The translations under genes were made by a program, and so were the position numbers. From Bacteroidota bacterium (lineage in GTDB: Bacteria > Bacteroidota > Bacteroidia > 2-12-FULL-35-15): a DNA stretch of 64,000 nt. The stretch spans positions 4,421 to 68,420 of the forward strand of contig JAZJZM010000025.1 of NCBI GenBank assembly GCA_040389865.1, read 5' to 3'. The notes beneath the pieces were generated by a model. The model had not been told where the DNA came from. It saw only the letters and a list, made by a program, of their open reading frames with translations, and did not search any database. Shown here one piece after another: positions 48,090 through 57,649 of this stretch. Position 1 is the stretch's first letter; the number at the start of each line of letters is the position of its first letter.

Positions 48090-51000
48090 ATGAAAAACAA
48101 CTACTCCTCCATCCAAAATATGAATAAAACTGCTGGAACTATTTTAAAGCAGTTTTTTATTGCAATCGTTTTAGTTGTTTCTGCCAGTTTTAACAATGCC
48201 TTTGCGGATGTGGTTATCACAGCCCCCCCCCACTAACTATAACTGATTGTACATTCCCAACAATTTATGTCCCTTTGGGTAATATTGTAATTACAGAAGC
48301 CGTCAATAATGATATTGCATCATTTGCAGATTTTTTTCTCAGTGCTCCGGCCGACTTTGAGTTTAAACCTTCCACTGGAACAGTTACTTTCACTGCTGGC
48401 AGAAACATAACATCCGCTTCTATTATTATTTCACCCACTTCAATAACCGTTACATTAGCTGGTAGCGGAACTTCCTTAATAGATGCGATAACGATTAGTG
48501 GGATTCAGGTAAGAGGAATAACTGGTGCTGCCGGCCCTCAAACCATTTTAAGAGGAGGCGGAACATCTTTAATAACTGGTCATTTTGGTCTTGTTCATGC
48601 AACTTTAACATCGGTTTTAAATAGTGTAACTGCCGGTGTCATCTCAGGTTCACAAACAATATGCAGCGGTGGAAATCCTAATATCTTTACTGAAACTACT
48701 GCTGCCACAGGTTCAGGTACACTTACCTATTCATGGAGAAAAAGCACAGATGGATTTTCGGGGCAATTGGCAACAACCCCCACTTATGATGTGCCGGGAG
48801 CTTTAGCTGTCACTACGGATTACAATCGAATAACCACAAGTACCTTAAGTAGTGTGGCTTGTAGCGTAACCACTAATCTTATAGGTGTAAAAATAAATGA
48901 GGTAACAGGAGGTTACGTTTCTACTCCTCAAACAATTTGTTATAATGGTGACCCCTTACCTTTTACAGAAACGGTTGCTTCTACAGGAACGGGGCCCTTA
49001 ACCTATCAGTGGAAACATAGCATAGATGGTTATACTACTGCCACCTTAGGAATTAATGCAACTTATAATGTTCCACCGGGCTTAACCACCCCCACTACTT
49101 ATAGACGTATAACTACCAGCACCTTAGGCAGTGTTGCTTGTACAGCTAACAGCTCCAGCGATATTCCAATAACCATAATGCCTGTAGTAACGGGTGGGCC
49201 CCTTTCCGCTCCACAAACTATTTGCAGCGGCTCTACTCCATCTCAATTGACTGGACCTACAGGAACTGGTGGTGATGGCAACTACACGTATTTATGGCAA
49301 CAATCTACTGTAAATTCCACCACGGGTTTTACTCCGGCAACCTTTACCAATACCACTGTTAATTACTCTCCTACTGCATTATCCGACACAACATGGTATA
49401 GAAGGAAGGTGTCATCAGCAGGTTGTAATTCAACTGATTCAGCTGCAATTAAAATGACCGTTGAAATACCTTTAGTCACCAATCCTCCAACTTTCATCAC
49501 TTGCAGTGGGGCACAAATAAATATTGGATTAACATCAAACGTCCCCTCCAATTTTACATGGACGATAGGAAGTATTTCAGGTGGTATTTCAGGAGCAACA
49601 ACCGGGGCTGGAAACAATATAATTCAAACACTCACAAACCCGAGCAATACAACTGCAGGAAGCTTACAATATATTATTACGCCAACTTCTACAGCAGGTT
49701 TATGTGTAGGCACGTCATTTACAATTACAGTAACTGTAAATCCCAGTCCTGAATTAAGCAGCACATCACCTTCTCCAATTTGCAGCGGAGAACCCTTCAA
49801 TTATACAGCTTTAAGTCTAACGCCTGGTGCAACTTTTTCATGGACAAGGGCTGTAGTTGCAGGTATCAGCAATCTGGCAGGCTCGGGAATTATTTTATCC
49901 GAAACTCTAACCAATACAACTGCATACCCGGTCAATGTTACTTATGTTTATACAATTGTAGCTAACGGTTGCAGCAATACTCAAAATGTAACTGTAACTG
50001 TAAACCCAACACCTACTTTAAGTAGCGGTTTAACTGCGACCATCTGTAGTGGTATGATTTTCAATTACAATCCAACAAGCCTGACAACAGGGGCCACCTT
50101 TGACTGGACACGAGCGGAATTGCCTGGTATAAGTAATTATACATCAAATGGTACTAATGACCCAAACGAAACACTCGAAGATACTACAGCATCCCCGGTT
50201 AATGTTAATTATGATTTTACTACGGCAGCCAATGGTTGCGACAATACTGAGACCCTTGTTGTAACGGTAAACCCTGCCCCATTTGTTACCAATGTATCTA
50301 ATGATACATCTTGTAGTGGAGCCGACCCCAATATCACTTTAACTGCTAATATATCCAGCACTTTTGCATGGACATTAGGGGAAAACCCGGGTGGAATTAC
50401 CGGAGGAAGTAATAGTTCAGGCCCTTTACTCAACCAAATCCTTACAAATCTCAGCAATTCAACAACATATAGTCTGCAATACAATGTCACTGCTACTTCT
50501 GGGACTTGTTCGGGTAATTCTTCCGCAATATTTATTAATGTAAATCCACAACCACTTGCAAACGCAGGAAGCAATAGTACAATCTGCTCTGATTCATCCA
50601 TTATTATAGGAGGCTCCCCTACAGCAATAGCAGGTAATGGACCATACACTTATTCCTGGAGTCCTTCAAGTGGGCTGGACTCACCAACATTATCTAATCC
50701 AACTGCTAATCCGACAATCAGTACAACTTATTCAGTTACCGTAACGGATTCTTTGGGCTGTGCTGCTTCTATAAGTTCAATGATGGTAACAGTAAATGCT
50801 TCACCAAATGTAAATGCGGGTGCTGATGTTTCTATTTGTATTGGGAATAACATCACACTTTATGCAAGTGGTGGCACATCGTATCTTTGGTCAAATGGCT
50901 CTATTACAGATTCAATTACCGTTAATCCGACAGTAAGTACAATTTATTCTGTTATGGGAACCACCAATGGATGTTCCCATAGCGATACTGTTTTAGTAAC

Positions 51001-52819
51001 TGTTAATCCTCTGCCAGTTGTTAATGGTGGGAACGATACTACTATTTGTGCGGGACAAAGCATCGTACTTAGCGGAAACGGCAACGGATTCCCTTACACT
51101 TGGAACAACGGTGTAAGTGATGGTGTTTCATTTACTCCAACAGCAACTACTACTTATGTTGTTACCGGAACTATAAATGGATGTTCGCAAAATGATACTG
51201 TTTTTGTAACAGTAAAATCATTACCTGTGGTTAACGGTGGGAACGATACTACTATTTGTGCAGGACAAAGTGCCATACTTAGCGGAAACGGTAACGGAGC
51301 CCCATACACCTGGAACAACGGTATAAGTAATGGTGTTTCATTTACTCCAACAGCAACTACTACTTATGCTGTTAGTGGAATCTTAAATGGATGTGCCAAT
51401 AGCGATACTGTTTTAGTAACCGTTAATTCATTACCACTTGTAGCTATTAGTGCATCAGCTCCAATTTGTGAAGGACAAAACGAAACATTAACCGCCAATG
51501 GTGGTGTACTATTCGCATGGTCAACTGGTGCTACCACAAATTCAATAACTGTAACTCCTGCAACTACCACTACATATACTGTTACTGTAACGGATGTAAA
51601 CGCTTGTTCCGATGTTGCAACTGCAACGGTTATAGTTAATCCGGCTCCTATAGCAAATGCAGGGGTCGACTTTACCATTTGTATTGGTGATACAGCAAGC
51701 CTTGCGGGAGCAGGAGGCGTTATCTATGTATGGACCGATGGCACCACTACTTTTAATACATCAACAATATCAGCAAGCCCTATAGCATCAACAGTGTATT
51801 CATTATCCGTTACTGACAATTTAGGTTGTTCTGCCTTCGATACAGCAATGGTGAATGTTACACCGAGTAAAGATATTTTTGGTAATGTGAGATATTCCGG
51901 AGGACCTGTTACAAACGGAATGGCTGTTTTATATAAATATGTACAATTCCAATCACGCTTTGATTCGGTTCAATACGTACCACTAAATCCAACAACCGGT
52001 GACTATGTTTTTAATAGTGTCAATTATGGGGAGTATTTAGTTAAAGTATTTGCAGATTCGGCAAGCTACCCTACGCTAATAAATACGTATTATGGCGATG
52101 ATTTTTTATGGGATGGTGATTCCGTTCAAGTTATTGATCATACTTGTGCTTCAAACACTATACTTGATAGTATTACCATGGTAGAATTAACTGGTACAGG
52201 AGGTGGTATTGGATTAATAATCGGACAAATTATTGAAGGAATTAGTTTTGGCAGGGTGGAAGGTGAGCCTATTGAAGGAGTAGATGTGAAACTTGGTAAA
52301 AACCCGGGCGGTTCTATTGTAGCAACCACCACCACTGATTCAACCGGTCATTTCACTTTTTCAGGAGTATCCAATGGTAATTATACCATCTATGTTGACA
52401 TTCCGGGCCTTGGCAGAGATTCGACCTATACATTTACGATAGATTCTACTAATAACCAGTTTGTGAACCAGAATTATATCGCGGATTCAAACAGTGTATT
52501 TATGAATCCGACTTCAACCGTTGGAATCAGCAATCCAGCAAATGCTTTTGAAAATAAATTCAGCGTATACCCTAATCCGGTAATAGGAAATACAACCATC
52601 GAATACAGTATTCTTCAAATGACGGATTCGAAAACAATACTGGAGATAACCACAGTTCTGGGAGTAAAAATCACTTCGCTCGTAAATACCACACAACAGA
52701 CAGGTACATACAAGTATAATTTTAATCCTCAAAACTATCAATTGAATTCAGGAGTGTACTTTATTACACTTACCATTGATGGAAAAACCTCAACAAAACG
52801 AATAGTTGTAATGGAATAA
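48090..52819 (+). pseudogene. Large T9SS type A surface protein (PKD-like/Ig-like repeats), frameshifted at a C9 tract after the signal peptide
   Basis: Signal-peptide ORF ends at 48236; the -1 frame is open from the C run (48223-48231) to 52819; C-terminal SVYPNP...LNSGVYFITL...KRIVVME. Confidence 0.85.
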
Positions 52820-52842
52820 ATTTTAATTATTTAAATGTGCTG

Positions 52843-52893
52843 ATGTGCTAATTTGGAAATGGAATTTTAATTTTCAAATTAGCACATTTTTTT
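52843..52893 (+). terminator. Intrinsic terminator-like hairpin
   Basis: ATGTGCTAATTTG...CAAATTAGCACAT followed by T run. Confidence 0.65.
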
Positions 52894-52925
52894 ATAGTTT
52901 TACTAAAAAATAGAGCCATCCGAGA

Positions 52926-55900
52926 TTGAATAAATTTAAACTAATATTCCTAAGTACTTTTCTCTTTACGAGCATAATTAATTCTTTTGCTCAAAATTAC
53001 AATTTCCAAAATTTCACTGTTGAAGATGGATTAGCCCAATCCCAAGTTCTGTCTATGTGTCAGGATAAGAATGGAAACATCTGGTTTGGCACTAACCGGG
53101 GAGGAGTTAGCAGATATGATGGGAATAAATTTACCACCTTCAATGAGTACGATAGTTTAATAAATAATGTTGTTTATTCAATAACCGAGCTAAAAAACGG
53201 AATGCTACTCTTTGGAACAGCGGGAGGCTTAAGCACTTTAAGTGGAAAAACAGTTATAAACTATACCGATAAAAATGGATTGCCCCATAATCGTATATTT
53301 AAAACAATTCAGGATAATAAGGGTACTATTTGGATTGGAACAGGAAAAGGGTTATGTCAGTTATTAGGCAATAAAATTATTCCATTTACGATTGACACAT
53401 TGCTTAATAAAGCAGATATTTTTTCGATGTATGCTGATAAATCAAACAATGTATGGTTTGGTACAATGTCTTATGGACTTATAAAATATAATCTCGATTC
53501 AAAAAAAATTAAATATTTTAATAAAGCGAATGGCTTACAAAGTAATTTCATTTGGACCATCAATGAGGATCATCAGGGCAACATCTATGTTGGAGGCAAT
53601 CCGGGTATATGCAAAATTACCCCTTTGGGAATTATTGAAATAATTAATATCAAGGGCGCTGAAAATAATAATTTTAGAAATATTATTTCGGACAATAAAA
53701 ACAATTTATGGTTTTCTACTCCATTTGGCGTTTATAAATATAATAACAACACATACAAATTCTTTAACAATAAAAACGGATTAGCCGGCAACAGTATCTA
53801 TTGTGGCTTAGAAGATCGTGAAGGCAATCTTTGGTTCGGTGTTCATGGATTTGGTGTATCAAAATTTGGCGGTGAGGCTTTTTCATCCTATAGCACAAAA
53901 GATAGTTTACCAGGAGACAATATCAATTCTATTTTTCAGGATTCAAAAAAAAACATGTGGCTTGGTATTAAAGGTTTTGGTGTCTGCCAAATAAAAAACA
54001 ATAAAATAACCAATTATAAATTGGATGAAAAAAACAGAAAAAACTCCCTTATTGATTCTGAAATTCAAGCTATTTGCGAAGATAATAATGGCAATATGTA
54101 TTTTGGAGGGCTTTATAAAGGATTGAGCATCTTTAATGGTAAAACCTTTCACAATATAGATGATGCAGGTGGATTACCAAGTAATAACATATTTTCTATT
54201 GCAAAAGATTATTTAGGAATTATCTGGATTGGAACAGAACAGGGCTTGTGTTTTTTAAAAGACGGTAAAATTGAAATAATTGAGATCGTTAATAAATTAA
54301 AAATAAAGAGTGGCACTGTACCCATCTATTCCATTTTTGAAGACAAAAACCATAACCTTTGGTTAGGAACAGAAGGTGGTGTAATTAAGTATAATAGAAT
54401 AACTGCTATTAAATACACTAAAAAGAATGGTTTTACAGATAAACGAGTAATTTCAATTACTCAGGGGGCAAATGGATATTTATGGTTTGGTACTGATGAA
54501 GGAGTGTTTTGTTTTAACCAAACAGATTTTAAAAAAATTGATCACAATAATGGGCTAGCCTCAAACAGCGTATATTTTATTGAATTTGACAAGATCAATA
54601 ATTTATGGATAGCTACCACCAAAGGGATGGACAGGCTCAATGTAACACTTTACAATGCGAACAAAAAAATTGAAATTCGACATTTTGATAAAGACGATGG
54701 CTTAAAGGGCATGGAATACAATAGAAATGCTAAATTTAAGGACAGCGATGGTAATTTATGGTTTGGGACAATTAAAGGTGTTACAGTTTACAATTCAAAT
54801 TTTGCAAAAATTAATCGTCAGGAAGCATTAACACGAATTACCGGAATACGTTTATTTTTCGAGAATGCTGAAAAAGATCTTAGTGAATATTCAGAAGGTT
54901 TAGACAGCATTTCAAGTCTGCCGAAAAATTTAGTTTTGCCATATACTAAAAATCACATCACATTCGATTTTATTGGAGTGTGTATTACAGACCCAAACAA
55001 GGTAAAATATCAATTCAAATTGGAAGGTATTGATAATGATTGGTTCCCTCCTTCTTCAAAAACCGAAGCTACTTATTCATCATTACCACCCGGTGAATAT
55101 ACTTTCCATTTAAAAGCTATGAATAATGATGGTTTATGGAACAAGAAAGATGTAACTTATACATTTAGCATTCTTCCGCCATGGTACCAAACATGGCGAT
55201 TTAGAACGCTTTCGGGGCTTTTGATTATTGGTTCAGTTGTCGGCTTTTTTTATTACAGAACAGCCACTTTACGTAAACGCCAAAAACAATTGGAACAAAC
55301 TGTTGTAGAAAGAACCGCTGAAGTTGTTTTACAAAAGGATGAAGCCGAAAAACAAAAAGATATTGCAGATAGTCAGCGTGTGATATCTGAGGAATTACGA
55401 GAAATTTCTGAACAGCAAAAATACATCGTTGAGAAAAAACAAAAAGAAATTGTAGATTCTATCACTTATGCAAAACGTATACAAACCGCTTTGCTTACCA
55501 GTGATGAGTATATAAAAAGTAATTTGCCGGCAGATCATTTTATTTTGTTTAAACCAAAAGATATTGTTAGTGGTGATTTTTATTGGGCCTTAAGCATAGC
55601 TCGCATACCGGGCTGGGATCTGGGAACCAATTCAGTAAAATCGTCTAATTCGAGAATTTCAAAAAATACTTTTTACATCGTTACAGCTGATTGTACGGGG
55701 CATGGCGTACCCGGAGCTTTTATGAGCATGCTCAACATCTCATTCCTAAACGAAAACATTGTAGACCACGGCATCCGACTGCCACATGACATATTGAACG
55801 CACAGCGAAAAGAAATTATAAATGCTCTTAACCCTATTGGAAGTACTGAAGAATCAAAAGACGGTATGGATTGTGTGCTTTGCGTTTATGATTTTGATAA

Positions 55901-56261
55901 AATGCTTTTGCATTTTGCCGCTGCAAATAACCCTTTATGGTTAGTGCGAAATGGAGAGTTAAAAGAATACAAGGCTGATAAAATGCCGGTTGGGAAATAC
56001 ACTGAAGCCCCACCCTCCTTTACCTTACAAACAATAGAACTGCAAAAGGATGACATTATTTACACCTCTACAGATGGCTTTGCTGACCAGTTTGGTACTA
56101 CCGGTAAAAAACTGATGAAGAAAAAATTCAAAGAAGAATTGCTTAAAATCCATACCCTTCCAATGATTGAACAAAAGGAATATCTGAGCAGTTTCTTCAA
56201 AAACTGGAAAGGTACTTTGGAACAAGTGGATGATGTTTGTGTGATTGGAATACGCATTTAA
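52926..56261 (+). CDS. Beta-propeller / Y_Y_Y sensor fused to SpoIIE (PP2C) phosphatase
   Basis: Repeated DxxGNxWxGT propeller blades; YSSLPPGEYTFHLKA; PPWYQTW TM; PKDIVSGDFYW, ADCTGHGVPGA. Confidence 0.92.
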   Translation: MNKFKLIFLSTFLFTSIINSFAQNYNFQNFTVEDGLAQSQVLSMCQDKNGNIWFGTNRGGVSRYDGNKFTTFNEYDSLINNVVYSITELKNGMLLFGTAGGLSTLSGKTVINYTDKNGLPHNRIFKTIQDNKGTIWIGTGKGLCQLLGNKIIPFTIDTLLNKADIFSMYADKSNNVWFGTMSYGLIKYNLDSKKIKYFNKANGLQSNFIWTINEDHQGNIYVGGNPGICKITPLGIIEIINIKGAENNNFRNIISDNKNNLWFSTPFGVYKYNNNTYKFFNNKNGLAGNSIYCGLEDREGNLWFGVHGFGVSKFGGEAFSSYSTKDSLPGDNINSIFQDSKKNMWLGIKGFGVCQIKNNKITNYKLDEKNRKNSLIDSEIQAICEDNNGNMYFGGLYKGLSIFNGKTFHNIDDAGGLPSNNIFSIAKDYLGIIWIGTEQGLCFLKDGKIEIIEIVNKLKIKSGTVPIYSIFEDKNHNLWLGTEGGVIKYNRITAIKYTKKNGFTDKRVISITQGANGYLWFGTDEGVFCFNQTDFKKIDHNNGLASNSVYFIEFDKINNLWIATTKGMDRLNVTLYNANKKIEIRHFDKDDGLKGMEYNRNAKFKDSDGNLWFGTIKGVTVYNSNFAKINRQEALTRITGIRLFFENAEKDLSEYSEGLDSISSLPKNLVLPYTKNHITFDFIGVCITDPNKVKYQFKLEGIDNDWFPPSSKTEATYSSLPPGEYTFHLKAMNNDGLWNKKDVTYTFSILPPWYQTWRFRTLSGLLIIGSVVGFFYYRTATLRKRQKQLEQTVVERTAEVVLQKDEAEKQKDIADSQRVISEELREISEQQKYIVEKKQKEIVDSITYAKRIQTALLTSDEYIKSNLPADHFILFKPKDIVSGDFYWALSIARIPGWDLGTNSVKSSNSRISKNTFYIVTADCTGHGVPGAFMSMLNISFLNENIVDHGIRLPHDILNAQRKEIINALNPIGSTEESKDGMDCVLCVYDFDKMLLHFAAANNPLWLVRNGELKEYKADKMPVGKYTEAPPSFTLQTIELQKDDIIYTSTDGFADQFGTTGKKLMKKKFKEELLKIHTLPMIEQKEYLSSFFKNWKGTLEQVDDVCVIGIRI

Positions 56262-56395
56262 AGGCATCTAAGCTAATTGCTGTTTCTGCATTAACTAAAG
56301 TTCATGGCTTTGAAGAAATTATTAGAATATTAAAGGACTAAAGTTACAATATCCAAATGCCGGAAGTCGAGAGAAACAGTTGATTCCTAAAGCTC

Positions 56396-56671
56396 TTAAA
56401 GCGCAATCAAACCTTCAATACCTTCCATTTCTTTGTATTTGGAAATAATAGAATCAGCATTAAGCATTACTTCCTTTACTGTAATACTAAAGTATTTTCC
56501 GGTCGTAGATTCTTTATGCAAAATAACAGCTTCGTCAGAAAATTTGGCTTCTACCAATGCTATTTTTTTATTATCGGCCGGTACAATAAATTTAAACATG
56601 TAAACCATTGGCCAGTTATTTTCTTTGTTTAAAAGTTCGCGGAGTTTCTCGAATTGCTCATCTCTATTCAT
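56396..56671 (-). CDS. DUF493-family protein
   Basis: WPMVYMFKFIVP, STTGKYFSIT, IEGLIAL; TATCTTTG box at 56676-56683. Confidence 0.85.
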   Translation of the reverse strand: MNRDEQFEKLRELLNKENNWPMVYMFKFIVPADNKKIALVEAKFSDEAVILHKESTTGKYFSITVKEVMLNADSIISKYKEMEGIEGLIAL

Positions 56672-56733
56672 ACAACAAAGATAAATTTTAATCCATTTAG
56701 TTTATTAATTTTGTTGCGTAAATACAACAATTC

Positions 56734-56940
56734 ATGGAAAAATTTAAAATAAAAGGAGAATATATACAGCTCAATCAATTGATCAAAGCAATGGCATGGA
56801 GCAGCAATGGTGCAGAGGCAAATTCATTTATTGATTTAGGAAAAGTAAAAGTGAATGGGGAGATAGAATACCGAAAACGGAACAAATTAGTACCGGGGGA
56901 TAGTGTAGAATATAATTTGCAGAAGGTTGAAATAGAATAA
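56734..56940 (+). CDS. S4-domain RNA-binding protein (YaaA/YbcJ-like)
   Basis: EYIQLNQLIK, GKVKVNGEIEYRKRNKL. Confidence 0.9.
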   Translation: MEKFKIKGEYIQLNQLIKAMAWSSNGAEANSFIDLGKVKVNGEIEYRKRNKLVPGDSVEYNLQKVEIE

Positions 56941-57000
56941 GGTAATTGAATAGAACGCTGATAACACGGATTTTTTATGATTAAATAAGATTTATCTATG

Positions 57001-57157
57001 AGCCTGTTTAAATTTATATAAAAAATAACAATATTGCTTATAAAAGCCACCGCACCTTTCTCGACAGGCTCGAAATGACCATGTGCGCTGTCATTTCGAG
57101 CGATTCGAGAAATCGTGGGAAGGTTAGAACCTGCTTTGAATCAAATTTAAACAGGCT
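57001..57157. mobile_element. 157-bp MITE-like element with 15-bp terminal inverted repeats enclosing a REP-like doublet
   Basis: AGCCTGTTTAAATTT (57001-57015) / AAATTTAAACAGGCT (57143-57157); internal TTTCTCGACAGGCTCGAAATGAC...GTCATTTCGAGCGATTCGAGAAA. Confidence 0.72.
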
Positions 57158-57181
57158 ATATGTCTTAATAAATTTTGCAAA

Positions 57182-57544
57182 TTACCCATGATAAACACGT
57201 GAAGCTTTAATTAATCCATTTTCAACTTCCAATACTTCAGCAACATTCATATCCGGCTCACCATCTACTTTCCTTACATACTCCATAAATACCCTCACAT
57301 TATTGGCAGTTAAGGCTGTGAGGTTATAGCTCAGTGTTGGTAGTTTATCAAAAGCTTCGTGCCACCATTCGCGCATCGCGTTTTTACCAATAATTAATCC
57401 TCCGGTTTCCGGTTTTCGCATTTTCAACTTCGGGCTAAAATGCCTCGCATCAGCATGATACAATGCCAATAGTTTTTCTAAATCATGTGTATTAAAAGCT
57501 TCCAGCCAGGTTAAGGCAATAGCTTCAATTTTATGTGAATCCAT
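57182..57544 (-). CDS. SnoaL-like / NTF2-family protein
   Basis: WLEAFNTHDLEKLLALY, ENGLIKASRVYHG. Confidence 0.88.
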   Translation of the reverse strand: MDSHKIEAIALTWLEAFNTHDLEKLLALYHADARHFSPKLKMRKPETGGLIIGKNAMREWWHEAFDKLPTLSYNLTALTANNVRVFMEYVRKVDGEPDMNVAEVLEVENGLIKASRVYHG

Positions 57545-57649
57545 CAAAAGAAATATTTCAACAAAAATAGTTCAAAAAATGCAGATAAAAGTTCCGCAAA
57601 ATTATTAAAGCCAAATCTATTTTGTTATTTTTACATACAAATCATTATA

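Noticed and set aside
45032-52741. Antisense ORFs of 60-146 aa within acnA and the large adhesin (and similar ones elsewhere)
   Set aside because: Shadow ORFs expected from codon bias on the coding strand
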